Shown: positions 11,740 to 19,516 of the stretch, piece after piece
Position numbering within the stretch: the first letter of the stretch is position 1
Layout: each line of letters opens with the position of its first letter
NCBI GenBank assembly: GCA_036264595.1
Contig: DATAQP010000172.1
Span: 1-27,724, forward strand
Direction of reading: 5' to 3'
DNA: 27,724 nucleotides
DNA from: Stellaceae bacterium
GTDB lineage: Bacteria; Pseudomonadota; Alphaproteobacteria; ATCC43930; CGMCC-115725
Translations under genes and position numbers: made by a program
Notes under the pieces: model-generated
What the model was told of the DNA's origin: nothing
The model's input: only the letters and a program-made list of their open reading frames with translations
The model's database searches: none

Positions 11740-12393
11740 ATGAAGGCGAGCGCGGCGGGTTGCCGGCTCTATCTGGTGACGCCGCCGGCGCTCGATCCGC
11801 TGCGCTTTCGCGATGCGCTGACGCAGGCGCTCGACGCCGGCGACGTCGCCTGCCTGCAGCTTCGTCTCAAGGATGTCGGCGACGACGAGATCAAGCGGGC
11901 CTGCGAGATCCTGCTCCCGGTCGCGCAGCGTCACGGTGTCGCGTTCCTGCTCAACGACCGCCCCGACCTTGCCGCGCAGACCGGCTGCGATGGCGTCCAT
12001 GTCGGGCAGCAGGACACGCCCTATGACGAGGCGCGGCGCCTGCTCGGCGCCGACCGCATCGTCGGCGTCACCTGCCATGACAGCCGCCACCTCGCCATCG
12101 AGGCGGCCGAGGCCGGCGCCGACTACGTCGCCTTCGGCGCGTTCTATCCGACGACGACGAAGCCGTCGCACTATCGGCCGGAACCCGAGTTGCTCGCCTG
12201 GTGGGGCGAGATCATGACGGTCCCCAGCGTCGCGATCGGCGGCATCACGCCGGAGAATTGCGTGCCCTTGGTCGCCGCCGGGGCCGATTTTCTCGCCGTC
12301 GTCACGGCGGTGTGGAACCATCCCGACGGGCCGGGCGCGGCAGTCCGCGCATTCAACCGCGCGATCGTCGAAGTCGAGGCGGCGCTCCGCTGA
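11740..12393 (+). CDS. thiE: Thiamine phosphate synthase
   Basis: [41 protein letters not shown] and VAIGGI motifs. Confidence 0.92.
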   Translation: MKASAAGCRLYLVTPPALDPLRFRDALTQALDAGDVACLQLRLKDVGDDEIKRACEILLPVAQRHGVAFLLNDRPDLAAQTGCDGVHVGQQDTPYDEARRLLGADRIVGVTCHDSRHLAIEAAEAGADYVAFGAFYPTTTKPSHYRPEPELLAWWGEIMTVPSVAIGGITPENCVPLVAAGADFLAVVTAVWNHPDGPGAAVRAFNRAIVEVEAALR

Positions 12394-13205
12394 TGAGCGG
12401 AGGCGCCCGGGCGGCGATTACCGTCCGGCTCGTCGAGCACGGCAAGGACGCCACCGTCGCCCATCTCACGGTGGCGAATCCCGGCAAGCTCAACGTCGTC
12501 GGTCGCGCCCTGATGAGCGAGCTGATCGCGGCGACCGGCGAGCTGGCGGCGACGGCAGGGCTGCGTGCCGTCGTGCTGCGCGGCGACGGCGACAAGGCCT
12601 TCATCGGCGGCGCCGATATAAGCGAGATGGCCGAGCTCGATTCGGCCAGCGCCTGCGCCTTCATCACGCAGCTCCACCAGGTATGCGACGGGCTGCGCCG
12701 CCTCCCCGTGCCGGTCATCGCCCGCATCGACGGCTACGCCCTCGGTGCCGGTCTCGAGATCGCGGCTTCCTGCGATCTGCGCATCGCGAGCGAGCGCGCC
12801 GTCCTCGGCATGCCCGAAGTGCGCGTCGGCATTCCCTCGGTGATCGAGGCGGCGTTGCTGCCGTCGCTCATCGGTTGGGGCCGCACGCGCCGGCTGCTGC
12901 TCACAGGCGAGACCATCGCCGCCGATGAGGCGCAGCGTTGGGGCCTTGTCGAGCGCGTCGTGCCGGCCGAAGCGCTCGATGATGCGTTGGGCGCCCTGCT
13001 GGACGCGATTCTTGCCTGCGGCGCCAATGCGCTCCGTTTGCAGAAGGAATTGATCAGCTACTGGGAGGAGCACACGATCTCGCAATCGGTGGCGCGCGGC
13101 ATCGCCAGCTTCGCCGAAGCGTGGGGGAGCGACGAGCCGCGCCGGCTGATGCAGCGCTTCCTGGATGCCAAGCGGGCCAAGCGCGGCGACACAACGCCTT
13201 CTTAA
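12393..13205 (+). CDS. Enoyl-CoA hydratase/isomerase family protein
   Basis: ATG 12393 (TGATG overlap with thiE); AFIGGADI oxyanion motif, PVIARIDGYALGAGLEIAASCDLRIA and GMPEVRVGI. Confidence 0.9.
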   Translation: MSGGARAAITVRLVEHGKDATVAHLTVANPGKLNVVGRALMSELIAATGELAATAGLRAVVLRGDGDKAFIGGADISEMAELDSASACAFITQLHQVCDGLRRLPVPVIARIDGYALGAGLEIAASCDLRIASERAVLGMPEVRVGIPSVIEAALLPSLIGWGRTRRLLLTGETIAADEAQRWGLVERVVPAEALDDALGALLDAILACGANALRLQKELISYWEEHTISQSVARGIASFAEAWGSDEPRRLMQRFLDAKRAKRGDTTPS

Positions 13206-13240
13206 CCTTGCGCCGCTAGGTTCGCCTGTGTCGAACCGAT

Positions 13241-14041
13241 ATGAGGTGCCAGGTGACGCTGCCCGCATTCCCCGCCGCAGTCGCGTTCCTGCTCGGCATC
13301 GCCAGCAGCTTGCCAGCGGCAGCCGCCGAGCAGCTGATCACCATTCCGACGCGGCCGGGGGTGACGCAATCCTTCTATCTGACGGACCCGGATAGGCCAC
13401 CCACGGCAAGCCTGATCCTCTTCATCGGCAACCAGGGAAAACTGTCCGGTTACGGCCCCGCCAATCTCAGGCACGGCAATTTCCTCGTCCGCTCGCGCGA
13501 CCTCTTCGTCGCGCGCGGCTTCACCGTCGCCATCATCGATGCGCCCTCCGACGAATCGAGCGGCATGGGCGACGGCTTCCGCGTCGGCAAAGCCCATCGC
13601 GCCGACATTGCGGCGACCGTCGCCTGGCTGCGCCAACACAAAGCGACGCCGGTGTGGCTCGTCGGCACCAGCATGGGGACACTGTCGGCCACCAACGGCG
13701 CGACCCTCGAAGCTGGCGGACCCGACGGCCTCGTGCTGACCTCGAGCGTGACCCGCGAGAGCAAGCGCGTGCATAATTCGGTCTACGATGCTGGGCCGAA
13801 TTTCGTGAAGGTGCCGACGCTCATCGTCCACAACCGCGAGGACGGCTGCGTCGTCTGCCCGTTCAGCGACGTCCCCGATCTACTCGAGCGCTTCAAGAAC
13901 GTGCCGCGCAAGCAGCTCATCGCCTTCCAGGGCGGCGATCCGCCAATGAGCGAGCCGTGCGAGGCGCTATCGCGCCACGGCTATCTCGGCATCGAAGACA
14001 AGGTGGTCGCGGCGATAACCGACTGGATCACCGCGAAGTGA
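13241..14041 (+). CDS. Exported alpha/beta hydrolase
   Basis: Signal-peptide-like N-terminus (..SSLPAAAA), nucleophile elbow VGTSMG, HNREDGC acid region, C-terminal HGYLG histidine. Confidence 0.75.
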   Translation: MRCQVTLPAFPAAVAFLLGIASSLPAAAAEQLITIPTRPGVTQSFYLTDPDRPPTASLILFIGNQGKLSGYGPANLRHGNFLVRSRDLFVARGFTVAIIDAPSDESSGMGDGFRVGKAHRADIAATVAWLRQHKATPVWLVGTSMGTLSATNGATLEAGGPDGLVLTSSVTRESKRVHNSVYDAGPNFVKVPTLIVHNREDGCVVCPFSDVPDLLERFKNVPRKQLIAFQGGDPPMSEPCEALSRHGYLGIEDKVVAAITDWITAK

Positions 14042-14049
14042 CGCCACGC

Positions 14050-15102
14050 TCAGCGGAAGATGCGGTCGAAGACGCCGATCGTGAAGGTGAATCGCAGCCC
14101 CACCTTGGCGGTATCGCCGGGGACTTCGGGTGGCAATGGCGGCACCGGCGAGGCGCTGTGCACCATGTCGAGTATCGCCCGATCGAGCAGCGGAAATCCC
14201 GAGCTGGTTGAGATCGTCGCATCGAGCACCGTACCGTTGCGCGCGATCACCATGCTGACATGCACCGTACCCTCTTGTCGACGCGCGATGGCATCCGGCG
14301 GCGTGCGCTTGTACTTCAGCAGATGGCGATAGAGGCGGTCGAGATAATCGTCACCCGACCCTTTACCGTTGCCGAACGCGCCCCGTCCCGCCCCCGCGGC
14401 ACCGGTGCCGACGCCCGCCGCACCGCCCGGCCCGGCGCTTGCCGTCCCGGTTGCCGCGGTGCCGGGCTGCGGGTTCTGCGTCGGCGGGCCCTGGCCATTG
14501 GCCGGACCGGGCGGCGGCTGGGTGGCAACGGTCGGCGCGACCGGTGGCGTCGGCGTCTCCACCGGCTTGACCGGCACCGGCGGCGTCGGCCGGACCGCAT
14601 GCTGCTTGACCACCGGCCGGGGATGCGGCTTCGGCTTGGGCGCGAGAGCCTGCGGCGCGGGCGGCAACGGCGATGCCTCCGGAGTCGGCGGAGTCGGTGT
14701 GGGCGGCGTGGGATCGGGTGGGGTCGGCTCTGGCGGGGTCGGTTCGGGAGATGTCGGTGTCGCTTCGCGCGGCTCGCTTGCCGCTTCGGCGGACTTTTGC
14801 TCAGCGGGGGCGCTGCTCGCCTCGGCCCCGTGACCACCCCCGCCGCCGCCCGCCTGACCGCCTGCCGCACCGGCCGCGCCACTCTCCCCGAACCGCAGCG
14901 TCACAACCGGCACCACGACCTCGACGGGCGGCGTCTGCGGCAGCAGAAAAATGCCGAAGAGAACCAGGAAATGGAGCAGCAGGGAGGCGGCAATATTGTT
15001 GCGGTTCGGCCGATCATCGGCGGAGGTCGAAGGCGCCAGCGGCGGCCCGGCCTGCAGTCCCCGCCTCGGCGCATAGTCCGACAGGGCGACTTGCAGCCCC
15101 AT
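14050..15102 (-). CDS. TonB family energy transducer (TM anchor, Gly/Pro-rich linker, TonB C-terminal domain)
   Basis: ATG 15102 after a GGAAGG RBS. TM helix AASLLLHFLVLFGIF (S-xxx-H), long PEP/PTP and Gly-Ala linker, C-terminal QEGTVHVSMVIARNGTVLDATISTSSGFPLLDRAILDMVHSASPVPPLP. The ORF-track extension to 15624 overlaps the VOC gene and is not credible. Confidence 0.85.
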   Translation of the reverse strand: MGLQVALSDYAPRRGLQAGPPLAPSTSADDRPNRNNIAASLLLHFLVLFGIFLLPQTPPVEVVVPVVTLRFGESGAAGAAGGQAGGGGGGHGAEASSAPAEQKSAEAASEPREATPTSPEPTPPEPTPPDPTPPTPTPPTPEASPLPPAPQALAPKPKPHPRPVVKQHAVRPTPPVPVKPVETPTPPVAPTVATQPPPGPANGQGPPTQNPQPGTAATGTASAGPGGAAGVGTGAAGAGRGAFGNGKGSGDDYLDRLYRHLLKYKRTPPDAIARRQEGTVHVSMVIARNGTVLDATISTSSGFPLLDRAILDMVHSASPVPPLPPEVPGDTAKVGLRFTFTIGVFDRIFR

Positions 15103-15181
15103 ATCAACCCTTCCACTGTTCGCCCCGGTTGGTAAACGCTGGGCTCGGTGGACTTGATCCCGGGCTTCTTTCCCTGCCCCC

Positions 15182-16060
15182 TCAGCGCGCGGCGTCGGCG
15201 AATTCGAGGATGACACCGAAAGTCTCCGCCGGACTGAGTTGAATCGCCGTCCCCTGGCGATGCACCGCGACGCCGTTCGCGCGCAACAGGGCCTCGGTCG
15301 CCGCCAGATCGCGGACGCCCAACCGATAGGCAGCGAAATGCGGCATCCCCGGCACGGCCGGTCCACTGGCCGGGAAGCGCACAGCGAAGGCGGCGGGGTC
15401 GAGGACGATGACGGCGCCGCGCGCCGTTGCGACGGTGAGGCCGGTGCCGCTTCGGTCGATGGCGCCACCGGGCTGCAGCTTGGCAAAGAACGTGGCGAAC
15501 GCCGCTGGCTCGGATGCCACCATGACCACCTCCTCGACGGCGAGCGCGCCATTGCGGTGGGTCTGATATTCCGGCTTCCAGAAATATTGTGGCGCGTGCT
15601 GCTGGCAGACGAAGAAAGCGGCATCAGGCATGCGCGTCTCGGTGACGAAGGCGAGCGAGAAGCCGACGGTCACCACGCTGCCGTCGGGCAGCACGGCTTG
15701 GCGGGAGAAATCGAACGGTGCGTAGGTGTTAAGCCCGGCGGCGGCGAATTCGCGCTGGTCCCGCTTGGCGTCATTACTGGCGAAGACCAGCATCGACATG
15801 CCCTCGCGCGCGGCGAGGAATCGCTCGTTGAAGGCGGCGAAGGCGAACGCGCCGGCGCCCGCCGGCTTGATCAGGTTGCGATCGGCGACGGCGAGCAGCT
15901 CGAGGAAATTGCCTTGCAGCTGGACCAGGCTGTTGGCGGTGCCGAATGGGTGGAGGGCCTTCGGCGTCAAGGTGAAGCCGAGACGCTCATAGACGCCGCG
16001 CGCCGCGTCGAGGTCGCGCACGCAGAGAACAAGGTGGTCGATCGGGCGTTCTACCGGCAT
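15182..16060 (-). CDS. VOC / glyoxalase-like family protein
   Basis: IDHLVLCVRDLDAARGVYERLGFTLTP...HPFGTANSLVQLQGNFLELL is a typical glyoxalase-like N-terminus; H.NGA..V in the second half. Confidence 0.8.
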   Translation of the reverse strand: MPVERPIDHLVLCVRDLDAARGVYERLGFTLTPKALHPFGTANSLVQLQGNFLELLAVADRNLIKPAGAGAFAFAAFNERFLAAREGMSMLVFASNDAKRDQREFAAAGLNTYAPFDFSRQAVLPDGSVVTVGFSLAFVTETRMPDAAFFVCQQHAPQYFWKPEYQTHRNGALAVEEVVMVASEPAAFATFFAKLQPGGAIDRSGTGLTVATARGAVIVLDPAAFAVRFPASGPAVPGMPHFAAYRLGVRDLAATEALLRANGVAVHRQGTAIQLSPAETFGVILEFADAAR

Positions 16061-16069
16061 CGGGTAACG

Positions 16070-16105
16070 CTAGCCGAGATGGCTGTATACGGCAATCTCG
16101 GCTAG
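16070..16105. repeat. 36-bp near-perfect palindrome between divergent genes
   Basis: CTAGCCGAGAT-GGCTGTATACGGCA-ATCTCGGCTAG; 16 of 18 positions are self-complementary. Confidence 0.9.
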
Positions 16106-16135
16106 TCTCACGGCGGCGGATGACGGAGAAGGCGC

Positions 16136-16663
16136 ATGGCGGAAAAAACCGGCGACACCGCGATCGAGCTCTATCGCCTGGCGGATGACGGGACAATCCC
16201 CAACAATGCGGCGCTGCCGCTGATCGTCTATCGCGGCGTGCTGCCGCCATCCGGCGATGTCGCCGAAAAATGCGAGGCGCTGTTCGCGCGCAACGGCTGG
16301 AGTGGCGGCTGGCGCAACGGCATCTTTGCCTATCACCACTATCACAGCACCGCGCATGAGGTGCTCGGCATCGCCAGCGGGCGGGCGCGCGTGCGCTTCG
16401 GCGGCGACAAGGGCGAGAGCGTCGATGTGCGGACGGGCGACGTCGTCGTCGTTCCCGCCGGCGTCGGCCACAAGCGGGAAAGCGCCAGCGCCGATCTTGT
16501 CGTCGTCGGCGCATATCCCGAAGGACGCGGCCCCGATCTCAACACCGGCAAGAGCGGCGAGCGGCCCAAGGTCCTCGACAACATCGCGCGTGTCCCTGTG
16601 CCGGCCGCCGATCCGGTGTTCGGCCCGAGCGGGCCGCTGACGAAGCACTGGCGGCCACGCTAG
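16136..16663 (+). CDS. Cupin domain protein (YjlB-like)
   Basis: IPNNAALPLIVY, W.NGIF.YHHYHSTAHEVL (cupin motif 1) and GDVVVVPAGVGH (motif 2). Confidence 0.85.
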   Translation: MAEKTGDTAIELYRLADDGTIPNNAALPLIVYRGVLPPSGDVAEKCEALFARNGWSGGWRNGIFAYHHYHSTAHEVLGIASGRARVRFGGDKGESVDVRTGDVVVVPAGVGHKRESASADLVVVGAYPEGRGPDLNTGKSGERPKVLDNIARVPVPAADPVFGPSGPLTKHWRPR

Positions 16664-17704
16664 TCACTCGGCCACGGGCACGAACAGCACATCCTCGATG
16701 CGCGTGGCGCCGGTCGCCAGCATGACCAGCCGGTCGATGCCGAGGGCAATCCCGGCGCTCTCCGGCATGCCGTGGCCGAGCGCAGCAAGAAAATCCTCGT
16801 CGAGCGGATAGTCGTAGCCGTAGAGCACACGCTTACGCGCGCGGTCGGCCTCGAAGCGGGCACGCTGCACCGCGGCGTCGGTCAGCTCGCCGAAGGCATT
16901 GGCGAGCTCGAGCCCGCAGACATAGATCTCGAAACGCTCGGCGAGGCGCGCATCGTCCGGCTTAGGGCGCGACAACGCAGCGAGCGCGATCGGATAGTCG
17001 TAAAGGATCGTCGGCACGTCGATGCCGAGAAGCGGCTCAATGCGCGCGAGAAACAGACGGAAGAAGAGATCCTCCCAATCGTCGTCATCATGCGGCGCGA
17101 CACCGATGCGGCGCGACGCGTCCGCGAGCAGATCGAGGCTCGGACGCTGCGGATCAGGCGCGGTGGCGAGGATGTCGATGCCGCAGAAACGGGTGAAGGC
17201 GTCGGCAACGCTGAGATACTGCCAGGCCCCGGTGGGATCGCAGCTTTGCCCCGCCCAGCGCAACGCGTCGCCGCCGGAGGCCGCGAGAGCCGCACGCAGC
17301 AGCGCCTCGCAATCGGCCATGAGATCGCGATAGGAGGCGTCGGCGCGGTACCATTCCAGCATGGTGAATTCGGGATGGTGCGTGCGTGCGCGCTCGCCGT
17401 TGCGGAAGACATGGACGAGCTGGAAGATGCGCGGCAGGCCGGCGACCAGCAGCTTCTTCATGGCGAATTCCGGCGAGGTGTGAAGGTGCAGCGTCCGCCG
17501 TGCGCCTTCCGGGGTCACCAGCTCGGTCGTGAACGCCATGAGATGCGGCTCGAGCCCGGGCGAGATCTGTAACGCGGGCGTGTCGACCTCGAGAAAATCA
17601 CGTTCGGCGAAGAAGCGGCGGATCGCGGCGACGATGCGGGCGCGCGCAGCGAGAATCGGAAGTTGCGCGGCGAAGCGCTCGCGATCCCACCACGGCGCGG
17701 TCAC
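16664..17704 (-). CDS. epmA: EF-P lysine aminoacylase EpmA (GenX/PoxA)
   Basis: LysRS catalytic-domain paralog without the anticodon domain: FLEVDTP, LHTSPEFAMKKLL, FRNGE...HHPEFTMLEWY, ERFEIYVCGLELANAFGELTD and GIALGIDRL. GTG 17704 after AAAAGGGAC. Confidence 0.95.
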   Translation of the reverse strand: MTAPWWDRERFAAQLPILAARARIVAAIRRFFAERDFLEVDTPALQISPGLEPHLMAFTTELVTPEGARRTLHLHTSPEFAMKKLLVAGLPRIFQLVHVFRNGERARTHHPEFTMLEWYRADASYRDLMADCEALLRAALAASGGDALRWAGQSCDPTGAWQYLSVADAFTRFCGIDILATAPDPQRPSLDLLADASRRIGVAPHDDDDWEDLFFRLFLARIEPLLGIDVPTILYDYPIALAALSRPKPDDARLAERFEIYVCGLELANAFGELTDAAVQRARFEADRARKRVLYGYDYPLDEDFLAALGHGMPESAGIALGIDRLVMLATGATRIEDVLFVPVAE

Positions 17705-17964
17705 GTCCCTTTTGCCGCGTGATCGAGATCCCGGTTCGATCGGGAACCAGCGGCATGGCAACGGATCAGATGCACGGTCCCTGCTCCAGCGTCCGGCCCG
17801 CCCCTCACATTCGAGGCAGGCCGCGCCACGAGGGTAGCATCCGCCATGCGCTGTCATCAAACGATGGGCCGGAAGCCCCTGTACGGGCTATCGGCGTGCC
17901 ATGCGTCGGGAGCAGATAACGGCGCCTTCGCGCCGCCGGCGCATTGGCCGGCGACGGGCGACGA

Positions 17965-18040
17965 TCAGATGACGTGAAAGAGATAAGGAAGAATGATTAC
18001 GGGGATCGGAATCCTCACGAGCCACAGCACCGCGCCGCAC
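17965..18040 (-). pseudogene. Apparently frameshifted small hydrophobic peptide gene
   Basis: RBS AGGAG 8 nt before GTG 18040 (MRRG...). A different frame then reads VLWLVRIPIPVIILPYLFHVI-TGA. The 76-nt span is not a multiple of 3. Resembles the small MGRGxLLWLLGxPIPIIILLxLF peptides I recall from alphaproteobacteria. Confidence 0.45.
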
Positions 18041-18100
18041 GTCTGCTTCTCCTAAGGGCAAGTCTTTCGCTGCGCGAAACCGCGCTATCGGGCAAACCGA

Positions 18101-18502
18101 TCAGGGACAGCCGGGAACCGGAGGACCGCGATAGTCGGTACCGCCCGGCAGCCCCTGATGTAGGGGATCGGCGCAACGAATGGGTGCGGCGGCGGCATAA
18201 GGAGGCGGCGGTGCGCCGTATGGCGCGCCATAGGACGGGGCGGCGCTGCTCACGCGGCTGCCGCCGCAGACATAGGTGGCGACGCTCTGCGGACCGTTCG
18301 GCTGCACGCTCTGCAGATTCGCGTACATGCCGTATTGCTGGCAGTACCCGTCAGCCTGCACGTTCGCCTGCGCGACGTCGTTGCCATAGACTTGATAGGA
18401 AACGCTGGGCGGCGCCGCGGCGACGGCTTGGGGCGGTGGAGGTTGAGTGGCGCAGCCGGCCAGCAAGCCGAGGGCTGCGAGGAGCGAGAGGGTGGCGCGC
18501 AT
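18101..18502 (-). CDS. Small lipoprotein with paired cysteines, function unknown
   Basis: Lipobox LAGC (Cys17), GGAG RBS, further Cys at 54, 79, 110 and 132, Pro/Ala/Tyr-rich linker. Confidence 0.85.
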   Translation of the reverse strand: MRATLSLLAALGLLAGCATQPPPPQAVAAAPPSVSYQVYGNDVAQANVQADGYCQQYGMYANLQSVQPNGPQSVATYVCGGSRVSSAAPSYGAPYGAPPPPYAAAAPIRCADPLHQGLPGGTDYRGPPVPGCP

Positions 18503-18535
18503 GTCTTTTATTGCTCCGACTATGGTTCCCTGAAG

Positions 18536-18715
18536 CTAAACGCGCCATGCCGGTCGTTGTTCCCGGTCGAGCGCGGCACGCCACGCCCGACCAATCTCCA
18601 ATGGAGCTTTGCCGATCCGCCCGCCCCACGGATGGTCTTGTGCGCGAGCTTGCGCGGCGAGCGATCTCCCGGCACGGGTGAGCAAACCTAATGGGGCAAA
18701 GGCGAGCTTATTCAT
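18536..18715 (-). CDS. Possible 59-aa small exported peptide or gene remnant
   Basis: AAGGA RBS 7 nt before ATG 18715; MNKLAFAPLGLLTRAGRSLAAQARA-QDHPW has an imperfect signal-peptide pattern; preceded by an ECF-type promoter motif. The 3' end overlaps the 18539-18563 promoter. Confidence 0.3.
   Translation of the reverse strand: MNKLAFAPLGLLTRAGRSLAAQARAQDHPWGGRIGKAPLEIGRAWRAALDREQRPAWRV
18539..18563 (-). promoter_or_regulatory. EcfG/sigmaT-type general stress response promoter (exact consensus)
   Basis: GGAAC-N16-CGTT on the minus strand, 36 nt upstream of the lipoprotein ATG at 18502. Confidence 0.75.
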
Positions 18716-18745
18716 CGTCCGGTCCTTCGAATCCAGATTTCGAGG

Positions 18746-18771
18746 AACGGAGTCCAACAGGTTGTTGTTGC
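18746..18771 (-). promoter_or_regulatory. EcfG-type promoter, one mismatch
   Basis: GCAAC-N17-CGTT on the minus strand, 30 nt upstream of ATG 18715. The same bases also read GGAAC-N17-TGTT on the plus strand (18744-18769). Confidence 0.45.
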
Positions 18772-18860
18772 GCCGACGAATCAAGGCTAAGGATAGCGTG
18801 TGTCGACGGTATCGCACGGGGGCCAAGGTCATCCGCCTATACCTTCTGTTTAGTTTGCGT

Positions 18861-18885
18861 GAAACAAATTCGCGCATCCGTCGTT
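18861..18885 (+). promoter_or_regulatory. EcfG-type promoter, one mismatch
   Basis: GAAAC-N16-CGTT, 66 nt upstream of ATG 18952. Confidence 0.55.
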
Positions 18886-18951
18886 ATCCGCAACACGGAC
18901 ATTGGTTCGTGACGGAAACACACGCAACTTCCACCTGCACGGAGATAAGTG

Positions 18952-19197
18952 ATGAAACGCGTTGGATTTAAGCTGGTGATGGTAGTCGGCTTGCTTGCAT
19001 TGGCGGCTTGCGGTGAACGCACAGGCGATCGCGGCCTGAGCGGCGCCGGTATCGGCGCGGCGGTCGGCGCGGTTGGCGGCGCCTTGGTCGGCGCCCCGCT
19101 CGCCGGTGCGGCGATCGGCGCCGGTGTCGGCGCCGCGACGGGCGCGCTGACAAGCCCGAGCACGGTCGATCTCGGCAAGCCGGTCTGGGAACGTTAG
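18952..19197 (+). CDS. Glycine-zipper (YMGG/OsmB-like) small lipoprotein, copy 1
   Basis: GGAGA RBS, lipobox LAAC, GxxxG zipper GAGIGAAVGAVGGALVG...GAAIGAGVGAATGAL, ending VDLGKPVW. Confidence 0.9.
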   Translation: MKRVGFKLVMVVGLLALAACGERTGDRGLSGAGIGAAVGAVGGALVGAPLAGAAIGAGVGAATGALTSPSTVDLGKPVWER

Positions 19198-19208
19198 ACA
19201 GCGTTTCC

Positions 19209-19243
19209 GCTGACGCGCCCAGCCTCGGCGTGGGCGCGTCGGC
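19209..19243 (+). terminator. GC-rich hairpin after lipoprotein copy 1 (possible terminator)
   Basis: GCTGACGCGCCCA / TGGGCGCGTCGGC 13-bp stem; no clear U tract. Confidence 0.4.
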
Positions 19244-19425
19244 AATCTCTGGATCATCGGACGGGCTTCGGCCCGTCCGATATTCATGAATCGAGAAGCG
19301 ATAGAGCAGGATCCGGTACCAGGGCCGGACGTCTCTCCCGTCCTTCCATTCGCTGTGCCAAAACTCGCCGCAATAGATGCCAATGCGCGCCCCGTATTGG
19401 TGCCCCGAGCGCAATGAAATCCGCC

Positions 19426-19451
19426 GGGACCAATTCCAGCCACTCGCCGTT
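19426..19451 (+). promoter_or_regulatory. EcfG-type promoter, one mismatch
   Basis: GGGAC-N17-CGTT, 65 nt upstream of ATG 19517, essentially the same offset as for copy 1. Confidence 0.55.
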
Positions 19452-19516
19452 CACGATTGACGAACATTGGTTCGTGAAATCGACTGATGCCCAGTCCTCA
19501 CTCACGGAGAGCGGTT

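Noticed and set aside
15135-15160. GGATC-N17-CGTT upstream of the TonB-like gene as another EcfG promoter
   Set aside because: The mismatch falls in the highly conserved AAC of the -35 element and it is an isolated hit, so it cannot be distinguished from chance.
17728-17748. tRNA T-arm-like CCCGGTTCGATCGGG upstream of epmA
   Set aside because: The loop is 5 nt rather than 7 and no acceptor, D or anticodon arms or CCA can be built, so it is not a tRNA or an obvious att remnant.
17705-17860. 52-codon N-terminal extension of epmA in the ORF track
   Set aside because: Not EpmA-like in composition; GTG 17704 has an RBS and gives a normal-length protein.
19198-19516. Small ORFs or an sRNA in the spacer between the glycine-zipper genes
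   Set aside because: Candidate frames lack an RBS and recognisable features. Apart from the post-gene hairpin and the copy 2 promoter, I could not support any structure.
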